DNA from: Spirochaetia bacterium
Lineage (GTDB): Bacteria > Spirochaetota > Spirochaetia > UBA9216
NCBI GenBank assembly: GCA_963677925.2
Contig: CAXXYH010000004.1
Span: forward strand, 1,344,001 to 1,408,000
Reading direction: 5' to 3'
Length of the DNA stretch: 64,000 bases
Shown: positions 19,583 to 28,924 of the stretch, piece by piece
How the letters are laid out: the number at the start of each line of letters is the position of its first letter
How positions within the stretch are numbered: position 1 is the first letter of the stretch
Position numbers and translations under genes: made by a program
Notes under the pieces: generated by a model
What the model was told of the DNA's origin: nothing
Databases searched by the model: none
What the model saw: the letters and a program-made list of their open reading frames with translations, nothing else

Positions 19583-20728
19583 TCAGTTAAACCAGTCAAC
19601 CTGTGCCGGACCGCCTTTCTGCTGTTCTGTTACAGTTTTAAAATCAAGCGGAACATTAAAAAATAAGTCCCATATTTCCTCGGCCTTATCTTCAATTGTG
19701 AAATCTCCGAATATTTCCGGGTAGAGAATCTTGCCGGCATAGTAAACGTTGATAAGCTGATTTTCCCAGTTTGTTCCGTAATATTTATAAACAAAGGTGG
19801 AATAAACCTGCCGGTTGGTGAATGCCGGAACCTGTTCTTCAAGTACTCCCCGGTTTGTCTCAAAACCCTGTTTTGACAGATTTATATTGGCTGCATCTAT
19901 AAATACGTAATCGGGTGCCGCTGAAATAAGATCTTCAAGTGATGTCATGTAGGGCTGCAGATTTCCGGCCGGGTTGGTCGGCATTACATTCTCTGCCCCG
20001 CTTAAAAAGAAGGGAAGGTAGTCACCTGTTGTCCTGAGCAGATCAGCCGGTCCGTAATACATCATTCCGCCGGAATAGGCTTTTATGGGATTTGTAACCT
20101 CTGATTTGCGGGACTTTAGATCTGTCAATGATTCTTCAATTCCGGTAATCAGCTCTTTCGCCCGGGCTTCCTTACCAAGCAGGCTTCCCAGTGTATTCAG
20201 CTGACGGTAGAACAGTTCAGTATCGTAGAGTTCAACATCTACATCTACACCGAATACCGGAATCCCGAGTATCAGCTGCAGCTGGTCAAGCTGTGCGGCG
20301 TCTACTGTAGACGATATTATGATGTCGGGCGCTGCTGCAATAATTCCTTCATGATTATCCTTATTCCCGATGCTTGGAAGATTTTTAAGCTCCGGAAAAG
20401 CAATCCGGTATGTAGCCAGTGAAAAGAAGCCGTACGGGGATTTTTCCCTCCCGTGCCCTGCGTCTTCAACCGCAATAATTCTATCCGCTTCACCCATGTA
20501 GCAAAGCAGCCTGAGTGAGCCCGCATCAAGTGCAATTATTCCGTCGATATTTTCCGGAACTTCGATCTCACGGCCGCGCATATCCGTCAGTATGGACTGG
20601 GTTTGTACTGCAGGTTCCTCCTGCTGCGCGGATGCGAAGAGACTGAAACTTCCTGCAGTGAAAATAAGACTGAGCATCATCAGCCTGGAAATGTGCGGAA
20701 ATATATGTTTTCTCACTGAAATTCTCAA
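19583..20728 (-). CDS. Metal-chelate/cobalamin-type ABC substrate-binding protein
   Basis: TDMRGREIEVP, LPSIG, PDIII and PDYVF motifs; GGAGGT RBS suggests TTG 20728; signal peptide LFASAQQE. Confidence 0.88.
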   Translation of the reverse strand: MRISVRKHIFPHISRLMMLSLIFTAGSFSLFASAQQEEPAVQTQSILTDMRGREIEVPENIDGIIALDAGSLRLLCYMGEADRIIAVEDAGHGREKSPYGFFSLATYRIAFPELKNLPSIGNKDNHEGIIAAAPDIIISSTVDAAQLDQLQLILGIPVFGVDVDVELYDTELFYRQLNTLGSLLGKEARAKELITGIEESLTDLKSRKSEVTNPIKAYSGGMMYYGPADLLRTTGDYLPFFLSGAENVMPTNPAGNLQPYMTSLEDLISAAPDYVFIDAANINLSKQGFETNRGVLEEQVPAFTNRQVYSTFVYKYYGTNWENQLINVYYAGKILYPEIFGDFTIEDKAEEIWDLFFNVPLDFKTVTEQQKGGPAQVDWFN

Positions 20729-20816
20729 AATAGATACCTCCAAGGTGTTTATGAGATTGAGCTTCTTGTAAAACTCAGTTAGTTTTTTCTGAATTCGGTG
20801 TTATTCAGTACAAGAT

Positions 20817-20844
20817 GTGACACGAAAAATAAAAATCGTGCTAC
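20817..20844. promoter_or_regulatory. Putative NikR-type operator
   Basis: GTGACACG-AAAAATAAAAAT-CGTGCTAC: 28-bp imperfect palindrome with an AT spacer, the same overall length as E. coli GTATGA-N16-TCATAC; directly upstream of the ABC operon. Confidence 0.65.
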
Positions 20845-20893
20845 TTGATAACAAGGTATTATTTTTTTCAGTTGAAGTCAATTATAAAAAGGT

Positions 20894-21310
20894 CTAAAGT
20901 AATTCTTTAAACAATTCATCTGTTGCAGTAACTGCAAGTTTTCCGATTATCTTTTTGCTTGAGAGAAGTTTTTGCGCCCATGCATGAACTTCCGAACCTC
21001 TGCCTCTGACAACCAGAACTTTAATGCGGATGTCGTTGTCAGCATGAAGCTGAATATTGGCGGTAATTTGTACCGACGGGTAGTTTTCAACCAGAACACG
21101 TGGAAGGCGGGTGGAGTGGTGATATAGAAGCGTTACAGTACCTATTATCTCGGGATCGGCATCGCCTGAATTTGTTTCAACAAGGGCCTGCCTTACCAGA
21201 CTTCGGATAGTCTCTGATCGGTTTTCATGTCCCTGTTCAATAGTGAACCGGTCAAGAAGTTCGACCATCTCACTGTCCATTGAAACACCGAATCTTACTG
21301 TTTCTCCCAT
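20894..21310 (-). CDS. nikR: NikR-like ribbon-helix-helix regulator with degenerate metal site
   Basis: RFGVSMD..NRSETIRSLVR RHH domain; GTVTLLYHH and VLVVRG of the NikR C-terminal domain. Confidence 0.8.
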   Translation of the reverse strand: MGETVRFGVSMDSEMVELLDRFTIEQGHENRSETIRSLVRQALVETNSGDADPEIIGTVTLLYHHSTRLPRVLVENYPSVQITANIQLHADNDIRIKVLVVRGRGSEVHAWAQKLLSSKKIIGKLAVTATDELFKELL

Positions 21311-21333
21311 TCGTTCCTCCGGGGGTGATATCT

Positions 21334-21367
21334 AAAAAAAGGGCGGTGGACTTTATTGTCCACCGCC
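21334..21367 (-). terminator. Rho-independent terminator (minus strand)
   Basis: ggcggtggac/gtccaccgcc stem preceded by A7 on the plus strand. Confidence 0.8.
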
Positions 21368-21376
21368 TAATGCGGT

Positions 21377-21892
21377 TTATAAATTTAAACTTTGTTTTAA
21401 CGATTTATTGTATGCGGAAATCTCAATAAATGGGATGGCAATTCCTGCCAGCCCGAATACCGCAGCCCCAATCTCTGCAATCAGAAAATCGGTGCTTTTA
21501 ACAGTCGGATCCTGCTCCATCATTCCTAATACCATGAATGTATAGCTGGCAATGAATCCTGCCTGAAGTATTGAACCTGAGAGAATATTTCCGTTAATCA
21601 GGCTTCCCATTCCTCCGGTACAGAAGTTGACAATGGATACTCCCCAGGGATCCTGTGAGTACTTTTTATACAGAATATCCTTATAGAAGGGAGCTAACTC
21701 TTCTGAATAAAGCTTCATCTGTGCAGATTCGTTTTCATCCAGAAATGAATCAAGTGAACACATTATATCCAGCTGTACATAGGGTATTATAGCTGAACTA
21801 AGATCTGTAAGATTATAATTTTCTTCGGCATATAAAGCTCCGGAGGAAAAGATTGCAGCAATTATTAAAGTCAGGAATATCTTATTTTTCAT
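21377..21892 (-). CDS. Exported membrane protein resembling the Borrelia P13 family
   Basis: Signal peptide MKNKIFL..ALYA; KKYSQDPWGVSIVNFCTGGMGSLINGN resembles the P13 core; hydrophobic C-terminal helices and YN..LK tail. Confidence 0.55.
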   Translation of the reverse strand: MKNKIFLTLIIAAIFSSGALYAEENYNLTDLSSAIIPYVQLDIMCSLDSFLDENESAQMKLYSEELAPFYKDILYKKYSQDPWGVSIVNFCTGGMGSLINGNILSGSILQAGFIASYTFMVLGMMEQDPTVKSTDFLIAEIGAAVFGLAGIAIPFIEISAYNKSLKQSLNL

Positions 21893-21894
21893 TA

Positions 21895-23694
21895 TTACTC
21901 TATCACCTTTATGCTGCCGAATCTTAATGTTGTGTCTATTTTTGACCATGTACCCGAGGCAATATCAATTTTACCATTGATAATCTCATTGGTCTGGGCA
22001 TTGGCACCCACAAAATACACTTCATCATTACTTGAAGATGTATCATATGAGACTACTTCTATAGTATTTCCAAGGTCTGCCGGTAATATTTCAATTTCTA
22101 CGTTGGTCGCAAAATTGAGTCTTGCCAGCTGATGTTTACCTGATTCCTCTCCATATGAATCAAGCACCGCATAGCGGTAATAAAGGCAGTCATCTTCAAT
22201 TTTAATTAATGAAGGGTACTGCGCTCCGTGTGCAAGATCAATCACCTGCAGATCTCTGTTTCCTGAATCATCGAGCAGTTTAACAATCTTTGTTCCGGTA
22301 GATTCGGATCCCCAGTAACCGGAATCATACAGTCCATAGAGTGCTCCGTCTGTTGACCAGAGCATGGTTCCTATGTTTCCGAAGTACAGATCATTCAAGC
22401 CATTTTCATCCAGCCAGTCTTTGAAGAGTTTTCCGTCAAAGTAGGTTCTTAAGAATTCTTCAGCATAGTTAGTAATCCACAGGTAAAGAGCATGTCCGCC
22501 GTCACTGTTACTTAAGGCTCCCGTGACAAAGGATTCCATTCCCGATTTTACCGAAGGTGTATCATAAAAATAGGGCTGAATTTTGGTGTATATTTTGTTA
22601 ATATCCACAACTCCGCCGGTTTTTACATCATCACGCCATTCATAGGCTGCCGCCTCCCATGTCTGAGAAATCTGATCGATGAGCTCTGTATTGTTTTCCC
22701 AGGAATCGTTATAGTATTTATAAAGGTGTATCCAGTCACCTGTGCCGTTGGATTCGCTGTACATTAAGTCATAACTTTGCTGATCGTCATTATCCAGGTC
22801 GGAAACCTTTATTATTCCGTTCATTCCCCGAATATTGGAGCCGTTTATTACAATATAATCGCCTGTAGGGCTGGTTGTGAATCCTCTGATCCATGTGTTA
22901 TTGTCGGACGAGTAGTAAATTGTCTGGTAGCCTGTAGAACCGTCGGAATAGTAACGCAGGTATGAAGCCGCTCCGGAGTCCCAGCCTTCACTCTGAAAGA
23001 ACAGGTGTTTCTTAGAATCAACCATAAAACGCTGTATTGACAGCGTAGCGCTTTCGGGCGTTACCAGTACCGGTTCTTCGGCAGTATCCGGGTCATAGCG
23101 GTAAATCTTGTGAGAGGTTGTACTTGAAGTCCAGGTTTCGACCTCGAAGTATAGTTTGCCGTCGGCACCTTTTACAAGGGGTTCATATTCCATTCCCCAC
23201 CAGTTCCAGGTGATAATCTGTCCGGCATCATTTATATCATCACCCTCCAGGCCTGTCGGAGGCCACAGCACATCATAATCGGAAGAGTCCGGATGAATAC
23301 GGATAAACTGAATTCCCTGACTGGTTGAGCCTGTCCAGACCCACCAGACCCATGAAAACCCGACATAGATTGAACCGTCATCCCCTGTTGTGATAAAGGC
23401 TATGTCAGGTGTTCCGCCGCCTGTATCAGTTTCAATTATTGATTCTATTGTGCCGTCTTCAAGGAATTTTACCAGTACAGGGTCTTCTTCCAGCGCCCTG
23501 GAATCAAGTCCCCTTGAGATACCTCTTGAGGCGCTGTCAATTCCTGCTACAGCCTTTGCCCCGATTGAGTTTACTGTCAGCACAGAACTTGAATCGGTTG
23601 AGAACATGTCTGCCATAAACGGGCCGAGTGCACAAGAAATGAACAGAGCAGAAATGCAGATTAGCAGTGAAAATTTTACGATTTGTTTTTTCAT
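21895..23694 (-). CDS. Large lipoprotein, probable beta-propeller, function unknown
   Basis: MKKQIVKF..LFISC lipobox; repeated DGSIY/DGKLY/DGALY beta-turn motifs; rich in Trp, Tyr and Asp. Confidence 0.7.
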   Translation of the reverse strand: MKKQIVKFSLLICISALFISCALGPFMADMFSTDSSSVLTVNSIGAKAVAGIDSASRGISRGLDSRALEEDPVLVKFLEDGTIESIIETDTGGGTPDIAFITTGDDGSIYVGFSWVWWVWTGSTSQGIQFIRIHPDSSDYDVLWPPTGLEGDDINDAGQIITWNWWGMEYEPLVKGADGKLYFEVETWTSSTTSHKIYRYDPDTAEEPVLVTPESATLSIQRFMVDSKKHLFFQSEGWDSGAASYLRYYSDGSTGYQTIYYSSDNNTWIRGFTTSPTGDYIVINGSNIRGMNGIIKVSDLDNDDQQSYDLMYSESNGTGDWIHLYKYYNDSWENNTELIDQISQTWEAAAYEWRDDVKTGGVVDINKIYTKIQPYFYDTPSVKSGMESFVTGALSNSDGGHALYLWITNYAEEFLRTYFDGKLFKDWLDENGLNDLYFGNIGTMLWSTDGALYGLYDSGYWGSESTGTKIVKLLDDSGNRDLQVIDLAHGAQYPSLIKIEDDCLYYRYAVLDSYGEESGKHQLARLNFATNVEIEILPADLGNTIEVVSYDTSSSNDEVYFVGANAQTNEIINGKIDIASGTWSKIDTTLRFGSIKVIE

Positions 23695-23882
23695 AGTTTT
23701 CTCCAACTTGTTACAATCTCTGATAAGAATATAATAGAAAAATAACGTTTGCAATTGTTTTCTTTATCGGTGATTACCTATATTTATACCGCTTTTTCTC
23801 CTCAAAATCTTTTAAATTTCTGCATAAACCGTTCAATTTGGAGCTTTATTATCTGTGTATAAGAAATACAGGAGGCTTTAAT

Positions 23883-24209
23883 ATGAAGCAGGGAATGAGC
23901 AGAGGCAAGGTTAATTATATAGTGGATGTAGCGATTGGACTTGGATTTCTGGTGTCGGCATTCAGCGGGATTGTTCTGCTGTTTTTCGGTTCCGGAGACG
24001 GTTACCGGGGCGGCCGGAACATCCATGCGGCTGTTACTGTTCTTGGAATGGACCGCTGGTTTATAAAGGATATGCATACAGTAAGCAGTATAGTCATGGC
24101 AGCGGGAGTTCTTGGACATCTGATTCTGCACTGGAAGTGGATAACATGCATGACAAAGAATATTTTCAAGAGGAAGCAGTCTTTGGAGCTCCAGGAATGT
24201 GAGGTCTGA
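23883..24209 (+). CDS. DUF4405-like small membrane protein (cytochrome b-like His residues)
   Basis: NYIVD..SGIVL, GYRGGRN, WFIKDMH and HLILHWKWI; AGGAGG RBS before ATG 23883. Confidence 0.8.
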   Translation: MKQGMSRGKVNYIVDVAIGLGFLVSAFSGIVLLFFGSGDGYRGGRNIHAAVTVLGMDRWFIKDMHTVSSIVMAAGVLGHLILHWKWITCMTKNIFKRKQSLELQECEV

Positions 24210-24224
24210 AGCTTTTTCTGACTG

Positions 24225-25631
24225 TTAAAGAATAAGGGCCGTTACCGACAGGATAATGAGCCCTTCAATAAAAAAGATCAGCGAGAACATTCCGTTCCAG
24301 TTGAAGGCTGCCTTTACTGAAGAGCATCCCGCGAACCTTGAAAGGGTAATAATTGTTCCCGCGAATGGCGATACCGAATAAGATATTGCACTTCCAAGCA
24401 GCAGTCCTAGGGCAATCATTGTGGAATATCCCGGAAGTGCGGCAGAAAGCAGAGAGCCGAGCAGGCCTACGCCCATGAGCGGATGTATACCTGTAAGCGA
24501 CAGGATTACAATAAATGGCGTAACAATCAGAAAATTGAACTGACCAAGTGAGCCTGCAGTATTTATAACCCAGCTGCTGAAAATTTCAATAAATGATGAT
24601 GCCTGAATTACCTTTGTAAATATCCCCATTGAAAGAAACAGTACTGAAAGATCAGGTACCACTTTCAATGAGCTGTTCCAGTATTCAGAGAATGCTTCTT
24701 TTATTATCCCTTTCTTTCTGTGAAAAGCTGTCCAGGCTGCCGCGGTTATGATTCCTACCAGTATAACCCTGGATGAGCCTGTAAGCAGGTTTAAAATGTC
24801 CAGCAGCATAACTCCTGCCAGGAGAATCAAAGAAACAGCCACAAGGATATAAATCTTTTTGGTATCGGCTTTTTTCACATCAGGATCGGGCGCCTCAGAG
24901 ATTGTGATCTTATGTCCCCTGAGGGCAGTAGAGCTTTCAAGCAGAATTGAAGAAGCAAAACCGATAATAGTCAGCAGAAGGGTAACCGGGATTACCTTCA
25001 TCCATTCCGCTCCTGTACTTTCCAGAACCAGAACTACACTGACTGCTCCGGGGGCCCACAGGGTTACCAGAGTGAAGCTCCTGCCGATAGCGGTCACGGC
25101 AAATCGGGCCGGATCTTTTACAAGGTCTTTGATCGGCTTTCCGAAAAAAGTATAAATCATCGGTACTGTTCCGAACAGCATGAAACTTCCGACTATATGC
25201 GAAATAAAACTGACAAAACTGAAAAGCCCCGATTCGCTGCTGAAACGACCCTTCAGATACCTTTCCAGAGTCTCATCATACCGGCCTGCACGTATCGGGA
25301 TTAGAAACAGCTGAAGTGCAGTCATTATTGCTGCTATTGCGAGCATCGAATTTACACCAGTGATGACGGTGGAAAAGCTGATGCCCTCGTAAATAAGCAG
25401 AAATGCAGAAAGAGTAATGAAAACTGCTGCCGGTTTTAAATATGATTTTTTTGTGAGAGGGATTCCTGTTAATATTATTACAATGCCCAGCCATCCGGTA
25501 ATTAAAGAAAAGTCAGCAGGCAGCATTGAGTCAAGCAGATAGAAAAACGCGGCTGCAACCAGTGCTATTCTGCATATTTGTCCGTCAATACTGATGAACT
25601 TTCCCGGTCTTACTGAGGTTGCTTTATTCAC
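24225..25631 (-). CDS. Multi-pass membrane protein, probable secondary transporter
   Basis: 468 aa with about 12 TM helices; LWAP, GIHP and SPFAG motifs. Confidence 0.65.
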   Translation of the reverse strand: MNKATSVRPGKFISIDGQICRIALVAAAFFYLLDSMLPADFSLITGWLGIVIILTGIPLTKKSYLKPAAVFITLSAFLLIYEGISFSTVITGVNSMLAIAAIMTALQLFLIPIRAGRYDETLERYLKGRFSSESGLFSFVSFISHIVGSFMLFGTVPMIYTFFGKPIKDLVKDPARFAVTAIGRSFTLVTLWAPGAVSVVLVLESTGAEWMKVIPVTLLLTIIGFASSILLESSTALRGHKITISEAPDPDVKKADTKKIYILVAVSLILLAGVMLLDILNLLTGSSRVILVGIITAAAWTAFHRKKGIIKEAFSEYWNSSLKVVPDLSVLFLSMGIFTKVIQASSFIEIFSSWVINTAGSLGQFNFLIVTPFIVILSLTGIHPLMGVGLLGSLLSAALPGYSTMIALGLLLGSAISYSVSPFAGTIITLSRFAGCSSVKAAFNWNGMFSLIFFIEGLIILSVTALIL

Positions 25632-25920
25632 AAAAAATCTCCAAATCCACCTTCCCGCTTTTGTCGAAAATTATCCCTTCGCTTTCAAGAAGCTGCCTCT
25701 GCAGGTCGGCTCCGCTGCCGGTAAGAGAAATCCTGCCGCCTGAGTTTATCACTCTGTGCCAGGGCAGGCCGTGTTTCACGCTTGAACTGTGCAGAAGTCT
25801 TGATACCTGCCTTGCCGCCCTGGGATTTCCTGCCTTTACGGCTATGCTTCCATAGGTCTCAACACGGCCTTCGGGAATTGCGCTTATTATACAAATTACT
25901 GCTTTTGAAAACTCAGTCAT
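25624..25920 (-). CDS. atl: Alkyltransferase-like protein (MGMT family, Trp replacing the catalytic Cys)
   Basis: IPEGRVETYGSIA, PRAARQV and LPWHRVIN motifs. Confidence 0.9.
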   Translation of the reverse strand: MTEFSKAVICIISAIPEGRVETYGSIAVKAGNPRAARQVSRLLHSSSVKHGLPWHRVINSGGRISLTGSGADLQRQLLESEGIIFDKSGKVDLEIFCE

Positions 25921-26728
25921 CTGACCTGTTTTTATCTGCAGGACAGACGGCCAGTGCGTAGTAGTATCTGCTGTCGGGAGTTCGCCAGCGGTCCAGTATG
26001 TAAAAACCCTGTATGCTGGCCTCGGCTATTTCAAGATTACTCTGTGTCGTTACGGTTCCGACAGAGTTTTCAAGTTTTACCTGTCCGTTTGATACACTGA
26101 TTGAGATCTGTTTAGCCATCTGGGCAAGAGCCTGCTCTTCAGCAGCTTCAAACGAGTCAGCCACGTAGCCTTTCTGCAGTGTTATTCCAACACTTGTGAT
26201 ATATCCGGGAATTTCCGGAGTATTGTTAATCCATGAAGGTTCTTTGTCTGCAGATCTGGGCGATATAATTACAGGAGGTGCATGTCCCTGAAGTTCTGCA
26301 AGTACATAGCTTCCATAATTGTCCTGCCAGCTTTCAATAATACTGAGATCTTCATAAAGCGACCCGGAAAGGTTCAAATCCCATGAAGCATCAAGATCGT
26401 CCATGTATCTGAACGATGTATTCACCTTTTCGCTGTAGAATTTAGACACAACATTAACTGAATAATAACGTGATGCCTGATCTGCCGCCTTCCGCAGCGC
26501 TGCCTCTTCTTCAAGCTCCCTGTTGCTCATTCTCTGGACTGCTGCAAAAAACACCGGGTTACCGTTCCTTGGGTATGTGTTAACAGCTTCACAGATGTCA
26601 GAGGATGAGAAATTTATCGGAGATTCTGATTTGTACTGATTTGAGGACTGGTTCCAGAAATCGTTAAATGACATGCAGGATGTCAGTGCTATGATCAGGG
26701 GCAGCAGAATTATTGAAAGCTTCTTCAT
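25913..26728 (-). CDS. LPP20-like lipoprotein
   Basis: LTSC lipobox; EPSWI..PGYITSVG..AEEQALAQMAKQI..YYALA pattern. Confidence 0.65.
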   Translation of the reverse strand: MKKLSIILLPLIIALTSCMSFNDFWNQSSNQYKSESPINFSSSDICEAVNTYPRNGNPVFFAAVQRMSNRELEEEAALRKAADQASRYYSVNVVSKFYSEKVNTSFRYMDDLDASWDLNLSGSLYEDLSIIESWQDNYGSYVLAELQGHAPPVIISPRSADKEPSWINNTPEIPGYITSVGITLQKGYVADSFEAAEEQALAQMAKQISISVSNGQVKLENSVGTVTTQSNLEIAEASIQGFYILDRWRTPDSRYYYALAVCPADKNRSDD

Positions 26729-26842
26729 CCTTCAATTATAGCAATTATGATATTAAAAATGAATAGTGAAAAAAATATTGCGTTTAAGCATTGCGGCTGT
26801 TTTTTCCTTTTCCTTCACAAATTACCTTAGTAAATTACTAAT

Positions 26843-27817
26843 ATGAAATCAAATAAATACGGCAGGGCTGTAAGCGCCCTTGGTTTGTTTATTTTAGCAG
26901 TTTTTCCGGCATTCTCATCAGGAGCGCCTGAAGTTGCAGAGGAGGCATCAGTGAGCAGTGAATCAAAAGATCTTCTTAACAGCAGATTGGATATAAATTC
27001 ATACAGGGTAATAGAGGAAAAGGCTACGGAGCGGCCGTTTACAGGCGAGTTCTGGGATTATCATGAACAGGGGACCTATGTCTGCAGGCGATGCAGGACT
27101 CCGCTTTATGAATCGGTTACGAAATTCGATTCCGGCTGCGGCTGGCCTAGTTTTGATGATGAGATAGATGGCGCAGTTCGGCGGCAGACCGATGCAGATG
27201 GCAGCCGGACCGAGATTCTGTGTGCGGAATGCGGGGCCCACCTGGGCCATGTTTTTACAGGAGAAGGCTTTACAGAAAAAAATACAAGGCACTGTGTTAA
27301 CTCTCTTTCAATGGATTTTATTCCTGCTGAAGGTGAGACCGGGCGCGCAGTATTCGCCGGCGGATGTTTCTGGGGAGTTGAACACTACTTCAACAGACTT
27401 GAAGGTGTTATCGGTACTACAGTAGGCTATACAGGCGGTCACAAGGCTTATCCAACGTATAAAGAGGTCTGTTATACTGATACCGGTCATGTAGAAGCAA
27501 TTGAGGTCCTTTATGATCCTGATGCGGTCACATACCGGGAACTTGCAACGCTGTTTTTTGAAATTCATGATCCTGAACAGACTAATGGTCAGGGGCCGGA
27601 CATTGGCGAGCAGTATCTTTCAAGGGTTTTTTATGAAAATGAGACCCAGAAAGCAGCTGCACAGGAGCTGATAAACATTCTGACTGAAAAGGGATACACT
27701 GTTGCAACGGAGCTTGAGCCTTCCGGAGCTTTCTGGCCGGCCGAGGACTACCATCAGGACTATTACCTTAATAACGGAAAGGTTCCATACTGTCATGCCT
27801 ATGTAAAGCGGTTTTGA
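26843..27817 (+). CDS. msrAB: Bifunctional methionine sulfoxide reductase MsrB-MsrA with N-terminal signal peptide
   Basis: TERPF, KFDSGCGWPSF, HLGHVF and RHCVNS (MsrB); AGGCFWGVE and AEDYHQDY (MsrA). Confidence 0.95.
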   Translation: MKSNKYGRAVSALGLFILAVFPAFSSGAPEVAEEASVSSESKDLLNSRLDINSYRVIEEKATERPFTGEFWDYHEQGTYVCRRCRTPLYESVTKFDSGCGWPSFDDEIDGAVRRQTDADGSRTEILCAECGAHLGHVFTGEGFTEKNTRHCVNSLSMDFIPAEGETGRAVFAGGCFWGVEHYFNRLEGVIGTTVGYTGGHKAYPTYKEVCYTDTGHVEAIEVLYDPDAVTYRELATLFFEIHDPEQTNGQGPDIGEQYLSRVFYENETQKAAAQELINILTEKGYTVATELEPSGAFWPAEDYHQDYYLNNGKVPYCHAYVKRF

Positions 27818-27843
27818 GTGAAAAGCGGAAGCCGTGAAGGGAT

Positions 27844-27883
27844 AAAAAAAAGGGCAGATCAGAATTATCTGCTGATCTGCCCT
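27844..27883 (-). terminator. Rho-independent terminator between convergent genes
   Basis: agggcagatcag/ctgatctgccct stem with A8 on the plus strand. Confidence 0.8.
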
Positions 27884-27905
27884 GTGAGTAACTTGTAAAG
27901 TCAGC

Positions 27906-28811
27906 TTATTTAAAAGCTTTGTTGAAAATCTCTACGAATTCGTTAACATGAACGCTAACGCCTGCGATTGCATCAGTTTTACCGTCTGCATTCACAGCCA
28001 TGATTGCCTGGTTCTTAAGGATGTAATCCTCAACCTTGGCAGCCTGCTCGTTCCACTCGAACTGTGAACCTGCTTTCTTCATGCCGTAGACTTCGCCGAT
28101 CTGGTCTTTAGATAACGGAGCGTTTGCATCAACTTTTCCATTTGCATCTTTTCCGAAGTAAGCTGCATCTTTACCGTCTGCAGCGGGCTTGTTTGAGTAA
28201 ACTGAGTTGTAGTTAACATCAACAATAGTTCCGTTTGCAACAATGAAGTCTGCTGCTGTTGCCCAGCCTGTGTTTCCAGCAGGAAGTTTAACATTTACAA
28301 CATAATCTTTAGCCTTGAAGTTTCCTGCCGGTACAGCTGTACTGGAAAGAGCTTTCTCAACAAGAGTAAAGAATTCAACAACATGGATTGAAACACCTGC
28401 ACCGCCGTCGGTTTTAAGCATATCTGTATGTCCATGGTCATCTGTGTATTTCATTGCTGCCGGATTCTGGTTTGCAAGCAGCCATTTTTCAGCAGCTTCA
28501 GCCTGTTCGTACCAGTATGATGCAGCTTTACCGAATTTAACCATTCCGTACTGCTTGTTTTCTGACATTCTTCTCTTGTCGCCGTTTGGCTGAACGTTTG
28601 TTCCGCCCCAGTATGCATCAGTAATTTTTCCGCCGTCTACAGTAACAACTACAAAGTACTTGTAGCCGGAACCTGCAAAAGCGTCTTCCTGTGCAAAATA
28701 TACGCCGTCTGTGTAAGCGGCAGCTGCGCCTTCCTGCTGTCCTTCAGCAAAAACTGCAGAAGCTGTAAGCAGAACGGCCAAAACGATGAAGATTGATACT
28801 AATTTCTTCAT
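27906..28811 (-). CDS. Exported protein with two tandem FMN-binding (flavinylation-type) domains
   Basis: YTDGVYFAQE; repeated unit YGM..W.EQA..E..L..Q..TD..AGVS(I/V)HV.EF; signal peptide VFAEGQQE. Confidence 0.8.
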   Translation of the reverse strand: MKKLVSIFIVLAVLLTASAVFAEGQQEGAAAAYTDGVYFAQEDAFAGSGYKYFVVVTVDGGKITDAYWGGTNVQPNGDKRRMSENKQYGMVKFGKAASYWYEQAEAAEKWLLANQNPAAMKYTDDHGHTDMLKTDGGAGVSIHVVEFFTLVEKALSSTAVPAGNFKAKDYVVNVKLPAGNTGWATAADFIVANGTIVDVNYNSVYSNKPAADGKDAAYFGKDANGKVDANAPLSKDQIGEVYGMKKAGSQFEWNEQAAKVEDYILKNQAIMAVNADGKTDAIAGVSVHVNEFVEIFNKAFK

Positions 28812-28924
28812 GTGCATCTCCTTTGAGTTCCATACCTGATATAAAAGGTTGGTTATTTATACTGGAGTATAGTGGAAATCATATGAAAAGTCAAATACCG
28901 ATAAAAATATATTTGTAATAATTT

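Noticed and set aside
20744-20893. Cobalamin riboswitch before the Btu/Fec-like ABC operon
   Set aside because: The region is short and AT-rich with no B12 box; a NikR-like palindrome explains it better
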